NCBI GenBank assembly: GCA_030141605.1
Contig: JAQGDQ010000226.1
Coordinates: 248,001 to 312,000 of the forward strand
DNA: 64,000 nt
From: Tubiluchus corallicola
Taxonomy: Eukaryota > Animalia > Priapulida
Reading direction: 5' to 3'
In this document: positions 26,041-37,972 of the stretch, in pieces
How the letters are laid out: each line of letters begins with the position of its first letter
How positions within the stretch are numbered: position 1 is the first letter of the stretch
Made by a program: the position numbers and the translations under genes
Notes under the pieces: generated by a model
The model's database searches: none
What the model saw: the letters and a program-made list of their open reading frames with translations, nothing else
Told to the model about the DNA's origin: nothing

Positions 26041-28135
26041 CTGTCTTTTACTTGTTTTGTATCTATTAAAAAGTTCTCATAGCTGAATAGGTTCTGTTTC
26101 ACTTGCTGTTTCTGGTGTGAAAAATGTTAACTGAGTGCCTTTCACTTGTTTTGTGTGCCAATCTATTAAAAAGTTTTCATAGCTGAATAGGTTCTGTTTC
26201 ACTTGCTGTTTCTGGTGTGAAAAGTGTTAACTGAGTGTCTTTTACTTGTTTTGTGTGCCAATCTATTAAAAAGTTTTCATAGCTGAATAGGTTCTGTTTC
26301 ACTTGCTGTTTCTGGTGTGAAAAATGTTAACTGAGTGTCTTTTACTTGTTTTGTGTGCCTATCTATTAAAAAGTCTTCATAGCTGAACAGGTTCTGTTTC
26401 ACCTTCTGTTTCTGGTGTGAAAAGTGTTAACTGAGTGTCTTTACTTGTTTTGTGTGCCTATCTATTAAAAAGTTTTCATAGCTGAACAGGTTCTGTTTCA
26501 CTTGCTGTTTCTGGTGTGAAAAATGTTAACTGAGTGTCTTTTACTTGTTTTGTGTGCCAATCTATTAAAAAGTTTTCATAGCTGAATAGGTTCTGTTTCA
26601 CTTGCTGTTTCTGGTGTGAAAAGTGTTAACTGAGTGTCTTTTACTTGTTTTGTGTGCCAATCTATTAAAAAGTTTTCATAGCTGAATAGGTTCTGTTTCA
26701 CTTGCTGTTTCTGCTGTGAAAAATGTTTACTGAGTGTCTTTTACTTGTTTTGTGTGCCTGTCTATTAAAAAGTTTTCATAGCTGAATAGGTTCTGTTTCA
26801 CTTGCTGTTTCTGGTGTGAAAAGTGTTAACTGAGTGTCTTTTACTTGTTTTGTGTGCCAATCTATTAAAAAGTTTTCATAGCTGAATAGGTTCTGTTTCA
26901 CTTGCTGTTTCTGCTGTGAAAAATGTTTACTGAGTGTCTTTTACTTGTTTTGTGTGCCTGTCTATTAAAAAGTTTTCATAGCTGAATAGGTTCTGTTTCA
27001 CTTGCTGTTTCTGGTGTGAAAAGTGTTAACTGAGTGTCTTTTACTTGTTTTGTGTGCCAATCTATTAAAAAGTTTTCATAGCTGAATAGGTTCTGTTTCA
27101 CTTGCTGTTTCTGCTGTGAAAAATGTTTACTGAGTGTCTTTTACTTGTTTTGTGTGCCTGTCTATTAAAAAGTTTTCATAGCTGAATAGGTTCTGTTTCA
27201 CTTGCTGTTTCTGGTGTGAAAAATGTTAACTGAGTGTCTTTTACTTGTTTTGTGTGCCAATCTATTAAAAAGTCTTCATAGCTGAATTGGTTCTGTTTCA
27301 CTTGCTGTTTCTGGTGTGAAAAATGTTAACTGAGTGCCTTTCACTTGTTTTGTGTGCCAATCTATTAAAAAGTTTTCATAGCTGAATAGGTTCTGTTTCA
27401 CTTGCTGTTTCTGGTGTGAAAAGTGTTAACTGAGTGCCTTTCACTTGTTTTGTGTGCCAATCTATTAAAAAGTCTTCATAGCTGAATAGGTTCTGTTTCA
27501 CTTGCTGTTTCTGGTGTGAAAAGTGTTAACTGAGTGTCTTTTACTTGTTTTGTGTGCCTGTCTATTAAAAAGTCTTCATAGCTGAATAGGTTCTGTTTCA
27601 CTTGCTGTTTCTGGTGTGAAAAATGTTAACGGAGTGTCTTTGACTTGTTTTGTGTGCCTATCTATTAAAAAGTCTTCATAGCTGAATAGGTTCTGTTTCA
27701 CTTGCTGTTTCTGGTGTGAAAAGTGTTAACTGAGTGTCTTTGACTTGTTTTGTGTGCCTATCTATTAAACAGTCTTCATAGCTGAACAGGTTCTGTTTCA
27801 CCTTCTGTTTCTGGTGTGAAAAGTGTTAACTGAGTGTCTTTACTTGTTTTGTGTGCCTATCTATTAAAAAGTTTTCATAGCTGAACAGGTTCTATTTCAC
27901 TTGCTGTTTCTGGTGTGAAAAGTGTTAACTGAGTGCCTTTCACTTGTTTTGTGTGCCTATCTATTAAAAAGTTTTCATAGCTGAATAGGTTCTGTTTCAC
28001 TTGCTGTTTCTGGTGTGAAAAGTGTTAACGGAGTGTCTTTTACTTGTTTTGTGTGCCAATCTATTAAAAAGTTTTCATAGCTGAATAGGTTCTGTTTCAC
28101 TTGCTGTTTCTGGTGTGAAAAGTGTTAACTGAGTT
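26041..28135. repeat. 100-bp satellite array, about 21 copies
   Basis: GCTGAATAGG recurs at 26581, 26681, 26781 and onward. Confidence 0.95.
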
Positions 28136-29299
28136 TAGGTGTGATAATATCCATGTTACGGGCAATGTGCAAATTTAGAGATTTTATGCAATTCCTAGGC
28201 ATTTCATATAACACCTTTCCATTTCAAGAAAAGTGTGAAAAAATGTTTTTACTGCTGCACTTTCAGACTTTACCTAGACGTTTGTATAATACTTAATGTC
28301 TGTATAGAATGCACGAAGTGATTTTGGTAAAGTGTAAAATTGAGTTAATTTGCCTTGCATCCAACTCTTAGGTGATTTTTGCATAATATAGTGTGATGTT
28401 TTAATCATTAAATGTGTCGTTCATTTCGTTTGTACAGCACCATAGTATTTTAATGGGGATTCAGATTTTTGGGACATATTCTTCTGAATTGCAGTATCTG
28501 GAATTTCCTTCAAAAGTAAGTGTACAACAGAGCTTATTTAATAGAGCTGTTTGGTGCAAAGGAACTAAGGGCAAAAATTGTTGACAGCTGGAGCCAAATA
28601 CACCTTAAAGAAGTGAGAAACTGTGTCAGTTGTGTGAAGAAATGCTTTCGTCTAATGTGTGTTAAAAATGGCGGACACATAGAGCACTTGCTGTAAATTT
28701 TAACATTAGTGACAAATTTTTTCCGGCATTTACTTTTTTGAGTTGTTCATTAAAAATTTGTTTTTTGGACAAATTTAAGGAATGACCTAAAGTTTTTGGC
28801 ATTCATACATAGCTACGCGTATTGATCAGTGTGGTAATTTTCAAATTATTCCTTTATTTTCTTCTTATACTGTCATGATCCAAACTTTGACTCATTTTTT
28901 GTGCCAGTTGATGTAATATATACCTAATTGCTGGCATTTTGCAAAGTAATCTTGCATGTTACACATCAGCTGCATTACATTGTTCTGCTTGTGCTCTTAA
29001 TGTTTATAAAGAGAAAGTTTGTTATCATAGCTATTGTGCTATTTAACGTATTTAACACTGTATTGCATGAATATTGTATGAGAATGGTCATCAAACATTA
29101 CGTATTGTTCTTGTTTCTAACGACCTTTTGTGGTGCGTGGGCATTTTCAGATTTGCTTTAGCTCACCTTTGCAGTGAGAAGATAATGTAAATGCTCGTTG
29201 AGAAACTTAGCGCTTCGTAGCTCATTCTGTGTTTTGTGGTATAATATCATAGCGCTCTACGTTTGCTTTTAGTTCTGGCATTTATTTATGACTTTGATC

Positions 29300-29424
29300 A
29301 TGAATTCTACTTCACTTTTGGCTGGTTTTGCTGCAGTAAATGTAACAGAAAACAAGATCAATTTTTTTTACTAAGACTGCGGCAGTAATGGTAGTCCTGC
29401 TGTTTGCATTGATATGTTTTGCTA
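29300..29424 (+). pseudogene. GPCR N-terminus/TM1 fragment followed by the 31-bp minisatellite
   Basis: Paralog of 7163-7286. Confidence 0.8.
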
Positions 29425-29749
29425 TCATTGTGAAAATGAATGACATTATATTGCATCATTGTGAGAATGAATGACATTATACTGCATCATTGTGAAAATG
29501 ATTGACATTATATTGCATCATTGTGAGAATGAATGACATTGTATTGCATCACTGTGAGAATGAATGACATTATAATGCATCATTGTGAAAATGATCATAC
29601 GTAGTTTGCTTGTATTTCTGACAGTGATTTCCTTGTAAATGCATTTTCAGATTTTTGATTGCAGTGAAAATATGATACGGACATTTACGAATACAAATGC
29701 TCTACTTTACAAACCTTTCGAACGTTTTTGGAAATGTGATGTTGTGGAC

Positions 29750-30649
29750 ATGAATAGATTTTCGTTGCTGGTTGATCTTGCTACCATTAACACAACTGAA
29801 AGTGGGGTTACATTTTTAGCAAAGTCTGTAATTTCAATAAAAGTCCTGCTGCTAATACTATCTGGTATTGCTATAATAACTGGAAACTTATTAGTTCTCA
29901 TTGCAGTTTGTAGGATTCCTCGTTTGCAAACTAAAACAAATGTTCTTGTTGCATCTCTTGCAGTAACTGATTTACTTGTTGGTTTATCAACACCAGCAGA
30001 AGTGACCACAGTGTTTTATCCAGCTGTGTTGTCAAACCAAGTGTTTCTTTTGGTGCTGTACATATTTGAACTTGGAATGGTGAATGCAAGTGCATTAAAC
30101 TTGTGTCTGATAGCAGCTGAAAGATATGTGGCTGTTGTTCATCCATTCAAGTATCACACCATCATGAGAAAAGAAACCATTGTTGCCGCACTTTCCATTA
30201 CTTGGATTTTTGCTTTAACTGTGGCAGCTATTTATGTTATTTTCTTATACATTTTTAATGTACAAAGTCTATCAATCGTTGATGCTACTGTATCATTTTA
30301 TTTACCAGTGCTAACGATTCTTGTGCTCTACGCCTTAATTTGGAAAACTGCAAGAAGGCACGTCTTGCAGATACACAGTCAAGGTCAAGAAAGCCAGGCA
30401 AACGTGATGCAGATGAAAGCAACAAAAACTTTAGCCATTGTTACCTTTGTTTTTCTGGTATGTTGGGGTCCCTTTTCTCTGTATCAGACAGTTTGTTATA
30501 TATTGTCTTACGAAGAGAAATATGAAATAGTTGAGTTTTTATATGTATTTGGATTTATCAACAGTGCCATTAATCCAATCGTGTATGCACTGTCTAGCAC
30601 TGATTTTAGATGGGCTTTCAAAAAAATGTTGCTTTCACGTGAATTGTAA
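29750..30649 (+). CDS. Intronless class A GPCR (R10)
   Basis: All 7TM motifs present; nearly identical to R9 from TM2 to TM7. Confidence 0.9.
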   Translation: MNRFSLLVDLATINTTESGVTFLAKSVISIKVLLLILSGIAIITGNLLVLIAVCRIPRLQTKTNVLVASLAVTDLLVGLSTPAEVTTVFYPAVLSNQVFLLVLYIFELGMVNASALNLCLIAAERYVAVVHPFKYHTIMRKETIVAALSITWIFALTVAAIYVIFLYIFNVQSLSIVDATVSFYLPVLTILVLYALIWKTARRHVLQIHSQGQESQANVMQMKATKTLAIVTFVFLVCWGPFSLYQTVCYILSYEEKYEIVEFLYVFGFINSAINPIVYALSSTDFRWAFKKMLLSREL

Positions 30650-30872
30650 AACTTAATGCAAAAAACTTTCACGTGAATTGCTTTCACTTAATGATAACTG
30701 CATTAATAGCTTGAAACTGAGAAACCGCACAAGTGAGCAAAATTCTTCAAATAGAGCACACAACTGATCAAGTTTTTTGAAGCGAACATCCAAGTAATGT
30801 TCCAAAGATGTGCTACAAAATTGAGTAACATCTTATGTGTAATAGATCGTCAGATTAACGAGCTTGATATAA

Positions 30873-31381
30873 TGATGCAGAATTTGGAATGATGAATGCA
30901 ACTTCTTTTCATCTGTGCCTGATAGCTACTGAAAGATATATATCTGTTGTTCATCCATTCAAGTATCACATCCTCATGAGAAAAGAAGCCATTGTTGCTG
31001 CACTTTGCATTACTTGGGCTTTAGCTTTAATTCAGGCTGTTATTAATATTATATTGAGATTTGTGTTTAAGATGCAGAGTATGATAATTCTTGACAATAT
31101 TTTAGTCTTTTATTTACCAGTGCTTATGATTCTTGTGCTGTATGCCCTAATTTGGAGAACTGCAAGAAGACACTTCTTACAGTTACACAGTCAAGGTCAA
31201 GGAAGCCAGGCAAACATAATGCAGATGAAAGCAACAAAAACCCTAGTCATCATTACCTTCACCTTTGTGGTTTTTGGGGCCCCATATGTCTGCATGACAC
31301 TTTTATTTATATGATGTCTTATAAAAGGAAATATTACAAAACAATGCAGATTCTATATGCACTTGCACTTATCAATAATGC
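30873..31381 (+). pseudogene. 5'-truncated GPCR pseudogene, TM3-TM7, cut by a transposon
   Basis: Same 5' breakpoint and frameshift as the 25082 copy; ends at ATCAATAATGC. Confidence 0.85.
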
Positions 31382-32035
31382 AAGCTTGCAGCCTTTTTCA
31401 GTCATGGTTTTTTTCGCTTGCGGTGGGCACTTTGGCCTGAACACAGAGCCACACTCATGGCATTTTACGACGCCTAGGCATTTCTTGCGCAGTTTGTCGC
31501 CATACTTTCCTCCACTTATGGTAGCCCAATGAACAAAGTATGCATCAGGACCGCTCACAGTTTGGCCATCATCATTGATCCAGAAATGATCAGTGGGAGT
31601 CTTGTCTTTCGCTGTCTCTTTCTCTTTCTCAACATCTTCTTTATCATCTTTACGCTTCTTCCAACCAAAAAGTCGATGAATGCTCTTGTAAACGACAGGT
31701 GCATACATTTAATTTGTATGCATCTGTATGCACCAAATTTAATTACAATGACATGTAAAAGCATAGCAGCAAACAGCAGCCATAATCCAGTCACATGGTC
31801 AAAAATGTGGTTACTCCGAAATGACAATTTCAACGTAAGACCAGTGTAAGGTAAAAGGTTGACAACCTAAACAGTAAATTTAAAAGTAACTTGGTGTTTG
31901 TGGACACAAAGACTGAAACCTGTAAACTTTTGTACACGTTCTTGTACGTGTTCACAAAAATCCACAAAGAAGGTGACCCCTGAAAAAAGATGTCCACAAA
32001 TCTGTTTTGGCGTCCACAAAAATTAAGCACCCCTA
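31382..32035 (-). mobile_element. Truncated DNA-transposon end encoding a GCM-like zinc domain fragment
   Basis: The - strand begins TAGGGGTGC at 32035, with subterminal (G/A)TCCACAAA repeats. The ORF contains HWATISGG..KLRKKCLGVVKCHECGSVFRPKC. Confidence 0.5.
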
Positions 32036-32088
32036 TTTTAATAATGTGGTGAGTGCTTATAAACAATAAAAATAATAAACTTACAATG

Positions 32089-32119
<31 letters not shown>

Positions 32120-32199
32120 TAATAACTTTTCCTAGATATTTTATACATTATCCAGGCATCGTAGATTATTAAATTAAGCAAGTAGTTCAACTAAGTTGC

Positions 32200-32790
32200 T
32201 ACTTGTTGTACCAGCTGCAGATGCAATGTCGCCATTGTTGACAAACTGCATTGCTAAGTGGATCATGCATTTTCCATACCTGGGAAGCCTGCTCTCTGCA
32301 GATGCACCTCCGAAAAACCTGTGGATCATCCAATTGAAGCAGCTCATGTGGCTTTCAAGAAACTTGCAAAATGAGTTTTTAAGAGCAAAGAGTTAAATCC
32401 AAAAAAGTCGACCGACCTCACATTCAAGGTGCCATCATCTCGACTTTCCTCGATGCTCTAGGGCTATGGGCTAAGACTCTGACTCTCTATTATTGTGACA
32501 ACAGAAAAAGCTCAAACCATTTCATCAGCAAGAGCTTCGTTTCATCCTGAGCATCAAATGTGACAAGTACATCATCAACATAATTGTCCTTGAATGAGCA
32601 AACATCCATAGCATCTTGTCCACCATCATAAAGCACTGACTTTAGTTGGTCAGAACATGTTATCAGATTGCAGAAAAGACTATAGAAATGCGTCTTTGTC
32701 AAGGACCAGTTGAAATCCGCTCTCGAACAAACAGGAGTGAAGCATTCGATGGCAACAGGGCAAGACCAAGATTCGACAAGCTCAAATATG
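32200..32790 (+). mobile_element. Decayed RTE-like LINE reverse transcriptase C-terminal fragment
   Basis: Across frameshifts it reads FPYLGSLLSAD..IEAAHVAFKKL..VFKSKEL..FHQQELRFILSIK..VLE*ANIHSI, as in the RTE-clade RT thumb region. Confidence 0.65.
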
Positions 32791-33616
32791 ACCCCACAAA
32801 CTCTCAAATGCCATCTGTATTACTACATGCAACACTTACTGTCCCAAGTCAAGAAGGTCACCAATACTGATGATGAACAATATTGGGAGAGCAATTTAAA
32901 TTCTTTGACATAAGAAAAGGTGAGCAAATAAATGAAGGAACATATTTACCACATAAAGTTTTGAGCATATTGAAACATGATTTGCTTCACATAATCCCTA
33001 AAATAAAACTGACATTCTATGAAATGCCTAGTGAAATATATCCAAAAAATTCAAGAATTACATACTTTGCCTAAACAAAATTTGCCTTCCACATAATGCT
33101 CTGGAAAAGCATGGAGAAATTGTTTTAGACACTTTGCCTATTTTTGTTTTGGCACTCTATACAATGCCTAGGCATTTTATACAATGCCAAGTTTCACACT
33201 GTGCTTCTATGCATTACAAGCACATACTTGCAGTTGCACAGCTAAACAAATTGTGCATGTTGCACTTTATTTGTAATAAACATTTGTTCTGCAAGTATAC
33301 TATAACGTTTATATCGATATGAACGTTATTATTGTATGACTGTCACTCTATTTAATGTGGGTAACATATTGCATTAAGTTCGCATGTGAATAATCAACAT
33401 AACCTATGGTGCTTGTATTTCTAACTGCATTTTACCTTGTCAGTGGCATTTCCACATTTGCCATAGCCAGGCATTGCAGAAAAATGTAAACATTCTCTAA
33501 TATAGGGCCTAAACTAAGGCATATGCCATTTTCTCTGTGACTGGCTGTTTAAATTTACAGTATATTTTTGGCTTGATGGAACTTGCTGTTTTTGTTGTTC
33601 TTACTTTACTATTGTG

Positions 33617-34516
33617 ATGCTTATCAATTCAACTTCATCTTCTGTTGATGTTGCCAGTGTAAATATGACAGAAACTAAGACCATGCTTCCGGCTGAGCCA
33701 ATGGTAGTACTTGTGGTGTCGCTGTTACCATTATTGGGCTTGGCTGTAATTGCAGGAAACTTCTTAGTGTTGATTGCAATTTATAAAATTTCTCGCTTGC
33801 AAACTAAAACCAATGCCCTTGTAGCATCACTTGCAGTAACTGATTTGCTTGTTGGTTTTTCTACTCCTGTAGAAATTATGGTCATCTTGCAACCTGCTAT
33901 GAGGTCAAATCGAAAATTCTTGCTGACATATAAGATATGTCAGTTTGGAATGATGAATGCAAGCATATTTCACTTGTGTCTGATAGCTGCTGAAAGATAT
34001 GTGGCTGTTGTTCATCCATTTAAGTATCATACCGTCGTGAGGAAAGAAGCCATTGTTGCTGCACTTTGCCTTGTTTGGACTTTAGCTTTAATTCAGGCTG
34101 TTACTAGTATTGTTTTGAGATTTGGATTTAAAATGGAGAAAGTAATAATTCTTGACATTGTTTTAGCATTTTGTTTACCAGTGCTTATGATTCTTGTGCT
34201 GTATGCCCTAATTTGGAGAACTGCGAGAAGGCATGTCTTACAGATACACAGTCAAGGTCAGGGAAGCCAGGCAAATATGATGCAGATGAAAGCAACAAAA
34301 ACCCTTGCCATCATTACCCTTGCTTTTCTTTTATGCTGGGGTCCTTTAACTTTGTATGGCACTTTTGTTTCTATGTTGCGTTATAAAAGGAAATATGAAA
34401 TATCTAAGGTTTTATTTTCGTTTGGATTTACCAACAGTGCTGTTAACCCAATAATATATGCATTTACTAATAGTGAGTTTAAGATGGGTTTCAAGAAGAT
34501 TTTGCATTACAATTAA
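33617..34516 (+). CDS. Intronless class A GPCR (R11)
   Basis: All 7TM motifs present; distinct N-terminus. Confidence 0.92.
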   Translation: MLINSTSSSVDVASVNMTETKTMLPAEPMVVLVVSLLPLLGLAVIAGNFLVLIAIYKISRLQTKTNALVASLAVTDLLVGFSTPVEIMVILQPAMRSNRKFLLTYKICQFGMMNASIFHLCLIAAERYVAVVHPFKYHTVVRKEAIVAALCLVWTLALIQAVTSIVLRFGFKMEKVIILDIVLAFCLPVLMILVLYALIWRTARRHVLQIHSQGQGSQANMMQMKATKTLAIITLAFLLCWGPLTLYGTFVSMLRYKRKYEISKVLFSFGFTNSAVNPIIYAFTNSEFKMGFKKILHYN

Positions 34517-34974
34517 TAATGCACAAATTCATTAATAATGAGTAATGTAAATTATATTTGAGTGTACTTTACTTTGCATGTCCTGTGTGGTTATGCGATG
34601 GCTAAATTAATTTTACATGTAGTTCTATAATTGTTGTAGCTAAAACCAGGGTATGTGCTTTATGCCTGCAAATAGAAACATTGTTGTTGTGGCTATATAT
34701 AAAACTCTTTAATATATTGATAACTTTTTATTGTATAATTGTATTGTGAAAATGAAAGCACATAATCTGCTTTTGTTTCTAGCAGTGTCTTGCCTTGTTA
34801 CTTCATTGCCAGATTTGCCATGGGTAACAGAGACTTTTGCTAAAAGAGACTAAACACCTGGTAGCTTGTTTCTTCTATCTTTCCTGATGGGTGATATAAA
34901 GCTCTAGCATTTTTAGCTCTGAAATAAATTACTTTTGCACATGGTTTTGACTTGTTTTTTAAAACTGAAAATTT

Positions 34975-35120
34975 GTCTTCGCCTTTTCTTGATTTTACTT
35001 CAAAGTACAAAAATTGCGATAAAAGTTCTGCTGTTTGCATTATTGGGTATTGCTATAATTGCAAGCAACTTCTTAGTGTTGGTGACAGTTTTGGCTTCCT
35101 CATTTGCAAACTAAAACAAT
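34975..35120 (+). pseudogene. Decayed GPCR N-terminus/TM1-ICL1 fragment
   Basis: IAIKVLLFALLGIAIIASNFLVLV then ..HLQTKT, homologous to TM1/ICL1 of the array genes. Confidence 0.7.
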
Positions 35121-37066
35121 TATCAGCTGCAAACAACAAAACAAAAATGCTTTTCGGTTATTAATAAAAACTGTGAGAAATAAATTAGCCTTATTTCTGA
35201 AATGTGACATTCTAGATTAACGTTATTCGTGAGTAATTGTGTTGGTTGTGTGTTTGTATTAAAACATTGGCACAACTCAGTTGATTATGTTCCATCTGCT
35301 GGCTTTGCTAAATGTGTTAACATGTGTTTATACAGGTGTGGCAATAATGTATCCATTAATATATTAGCCATATTATATTTCTGACATTTTACAAAGTAAT
35401 TTTGCGTGTTATACATCAGCTTCATTGCATTGTTTAGCTTGCATGCTTACTGTTTATAAGAAGAAAGTTTGTTATCATAGTTATAATGCTTTTTTATGTA
35501 TCTACCAGTATACTGCAACAATGCAACGATTGTGGCTCCTCGCCTCCAAGGCCTCTGATTGTTTGCTCCCTTAGTCAGTTTGTTCCCTCGTATTTCGGAA
35601 GCCAAGTGATCTGGGCTCAATGCCAGAATGATGAAAAACTTTATAAAGACTGACAGAGATTTGTAGAAATAAATGGCCAGTGAAGTTGTCCTGGGTACTT
35701 TATGCTGGTTGTCTAGGGAACAGAATCGACGACATTTGATATCAGCATTTGGTATGCAAAGTTGATATTCATTGTATTCGCAGTGGATTGAACTATCACA
35801 ATATAGAGGTAGGGGAGAAAATAAATGCTGTTTCGCCGCCCTTACACTATCCTCCCCTACAGATAATGTTATGTCCCCGAATCAGCATGGAACTTGCAAG
35901 AGAAGAAAGGACAATTTATTTTGAAAATTAATTCTGTTACAGAGCTAAACTAAACAAAAATTATAGTGCTTAATGCCCAAAGAAAAGGTGTATGGCGCGT
36001 AATCCTTACGAACCCTTACGATCTAAAAGGGATTGCTTAATGCGAGAATTTTCACAAAGTTGCTTTATGCCTGGTGTAACTTCGAAAACTTGTAAACAAC
36101 TGTTTATTATTGTTTTTAAAAAACACAAACCACATAGGGATGATGAAATGCACATCGCCTACTGAAATGTGCATTAAATGAAAATTTACAAGCAAGTAAA
36201 CAGAAATTCCTGTACCGCATAAAGTTTATTGTTAAAGTAGTAGAAAAATTAAAGCAGCAAGTCCGGAGTTAAGGCTAGAAGGCTGACTCCATTTGGGCTG
36301 CATTCATCCGGGCCAATCAGCTTGAAGGCCGAGTCCATAAATGCTGGCTGTAAGCACTGTTGTCCAGAAAATAAATGTGGTTGTTGTGATGGCCAGAAAA
36401 TAAGCGTGGTTGTCCCGAATGAGTACGATTCTCATGTCCCTGTTCGATGGCAGTCCAGGTTGCTCTGATAGTTCCAAAAACCTCATATGCACCATGTTGT
36501 CTCAACGTGGTACCGCTGTGTTGGCATATCAATTGCCAGTAAATTTTCCCTTTGTACTTTGCACCGGTTGTATCTATGAAACAGGTGCCTTGATAGTAGA
36601 AACAACTATCCGTTTACGTGCTCAACTGATGACACCATTCCATATCGGTAGTTTTGTACTTGGTATGCAAAGCTGATATGTCCTGTTTACTTCATCCTGG
36701 TTGTGCCTAGGAAACAGAATCGACAAATTTTCGAAAGTAATCTTGCATGTTACACATCAATAGCGTTGCATTGTTCTACTTGTAGCACTAAGTGTTCATA
36801 AAGAGACTGTTTGTTATTATAGCTATTGTGCTTTAATGTATATAACACTATGTTGCATGAATACTGCATGAGAACGGTCATCAAACATTATGCATTCTGC
36901 TTGTTTCTAACGACCTTTTGCAGGGCGTTTTCAGATTTGCTACAGCTTGCCTTTGAGTTTATAATGTAAATGCTCCTTGAGAAACTAAGTGCTTGGTAAC
37001 TCATCCTGTTTTCTGTGGTGCAAAGTCATAGTGCTCTACTTTCGCTTGAAGTTCTAACATTTGTTT

Positions 37067-37972
37067 ATGACTGTGACCATGAATTCTACTTCAGTTTTGG
37101 CTAGTTTTGTTGCAGTAAATGTAACGGAAAGCAAGGTCAATTTTTTTACTAAGACTGCGGCAGTAATGGTAGTCCTGCTGTTTGCATTGGTATGCATTGC
37201 TATAATTGCAGGAAACTTGCTAGTGTTGATTGCAATTTATAAAATTTCTCGCTTGCAAACTAAAACCAATGCCCTTGTATCATCGCTTGCAGTAACTGAT
37301 TTGCTTGTTGGTTTTTCTACTCCTGTAGAAATTATGGTCATCTTGCAACCTGCTATGAGGTCAGATCGAATATTCTTGCTGGCGTACAACATATGTCAGT
37401 TAGTAATGATGAATGCAAGCATATTTCACTTGTGTCTGATAGCTGTTGAAAGATATGTGGCTGTTGTTCATCCATTCAAGTATCATGCCATCGTGAGGAA
37501 AGAAGCCATTGTTGCTGCACTTTGCTTTGTTTTGGCATTTGCTTTAATTCTGGCTGTTACTAGTGTTGTTTTGATAATTGCATTTAAAATGCAGAAATTA
37601 TTAATTCTTGACAGTATTTTAGTGTTTTACCTACCAGTGCTTGTCATTCTTGTGCTGTATGTCCTAATTTGGAGAACGGCAAGAAGGCATGTCTTACAGA
37701 TACACAGTCAAGGTCAAGAGAACCAGGCAAATGTGATGCAGATGAAAGCAACAAAAACCCTTGCCATCGTTACCCTTGCTTTTCTTTTATGCTGGGGACC
37801 TTTAACTTTGTATGGCACTTTTGTTTATATGTTGCTTTATAAAGGGAAATATGAAATATCTAAGGTTTTATTGTCATTTGGATTTATCAACAGTGCTGTT
37901 AACCCAATAATATATGCATTTACTAATAGTGAGTTTAAGATGGCTTTCAAGAAGATTTTGCATTACAATTAA
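37067..37972 (+). CDS. Intronless class A GPCR (R12)
   Basis: 7TM motifs present except that W4.50 is replaced by L; ATG at 37067 or 37079. Confidence 0.9.
   Translation: MTVTMNSTSVLASFVAVNVTESKVNFFTKTAAVMVVLLFALVCIAIIAGNLLVLIAIYKISRLQTKTNALVSSLAVTDLLVGFSTPVEIMVILQPAMRSDRIFLLAYNICQLVMMNASIFHLCLIAVERYVAVVHPFKYHAIVRKEAIVAALCFVLAFALILAVTSVVLIIAFKMQKLLILDSILVFYLPVLVILVLYVLIWRTARRHVLQIHSQGQENQANVMQMKATKTLAIVTLAFLLCWGPLTLYGTFVYMLLYKGKYEISKVLLSFGFINSAVNPIIYAFTNSEFKMAFKKILHYN

Noticed and set aside
26041-28135. Regular arrays as possible CRISPR
   Set aside because: Units are contiguous and near-identical with no unique spacers, no cas genes, and the context is eukaryotic.
4254-30146. Recurrent antisense ORFs over TM1-TM3 (e.g. 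7594-7956, 10765-11178)
   Set aside because: They are shadows of the conserved GPCR sense strand, repeated only because the genes are paralogous.
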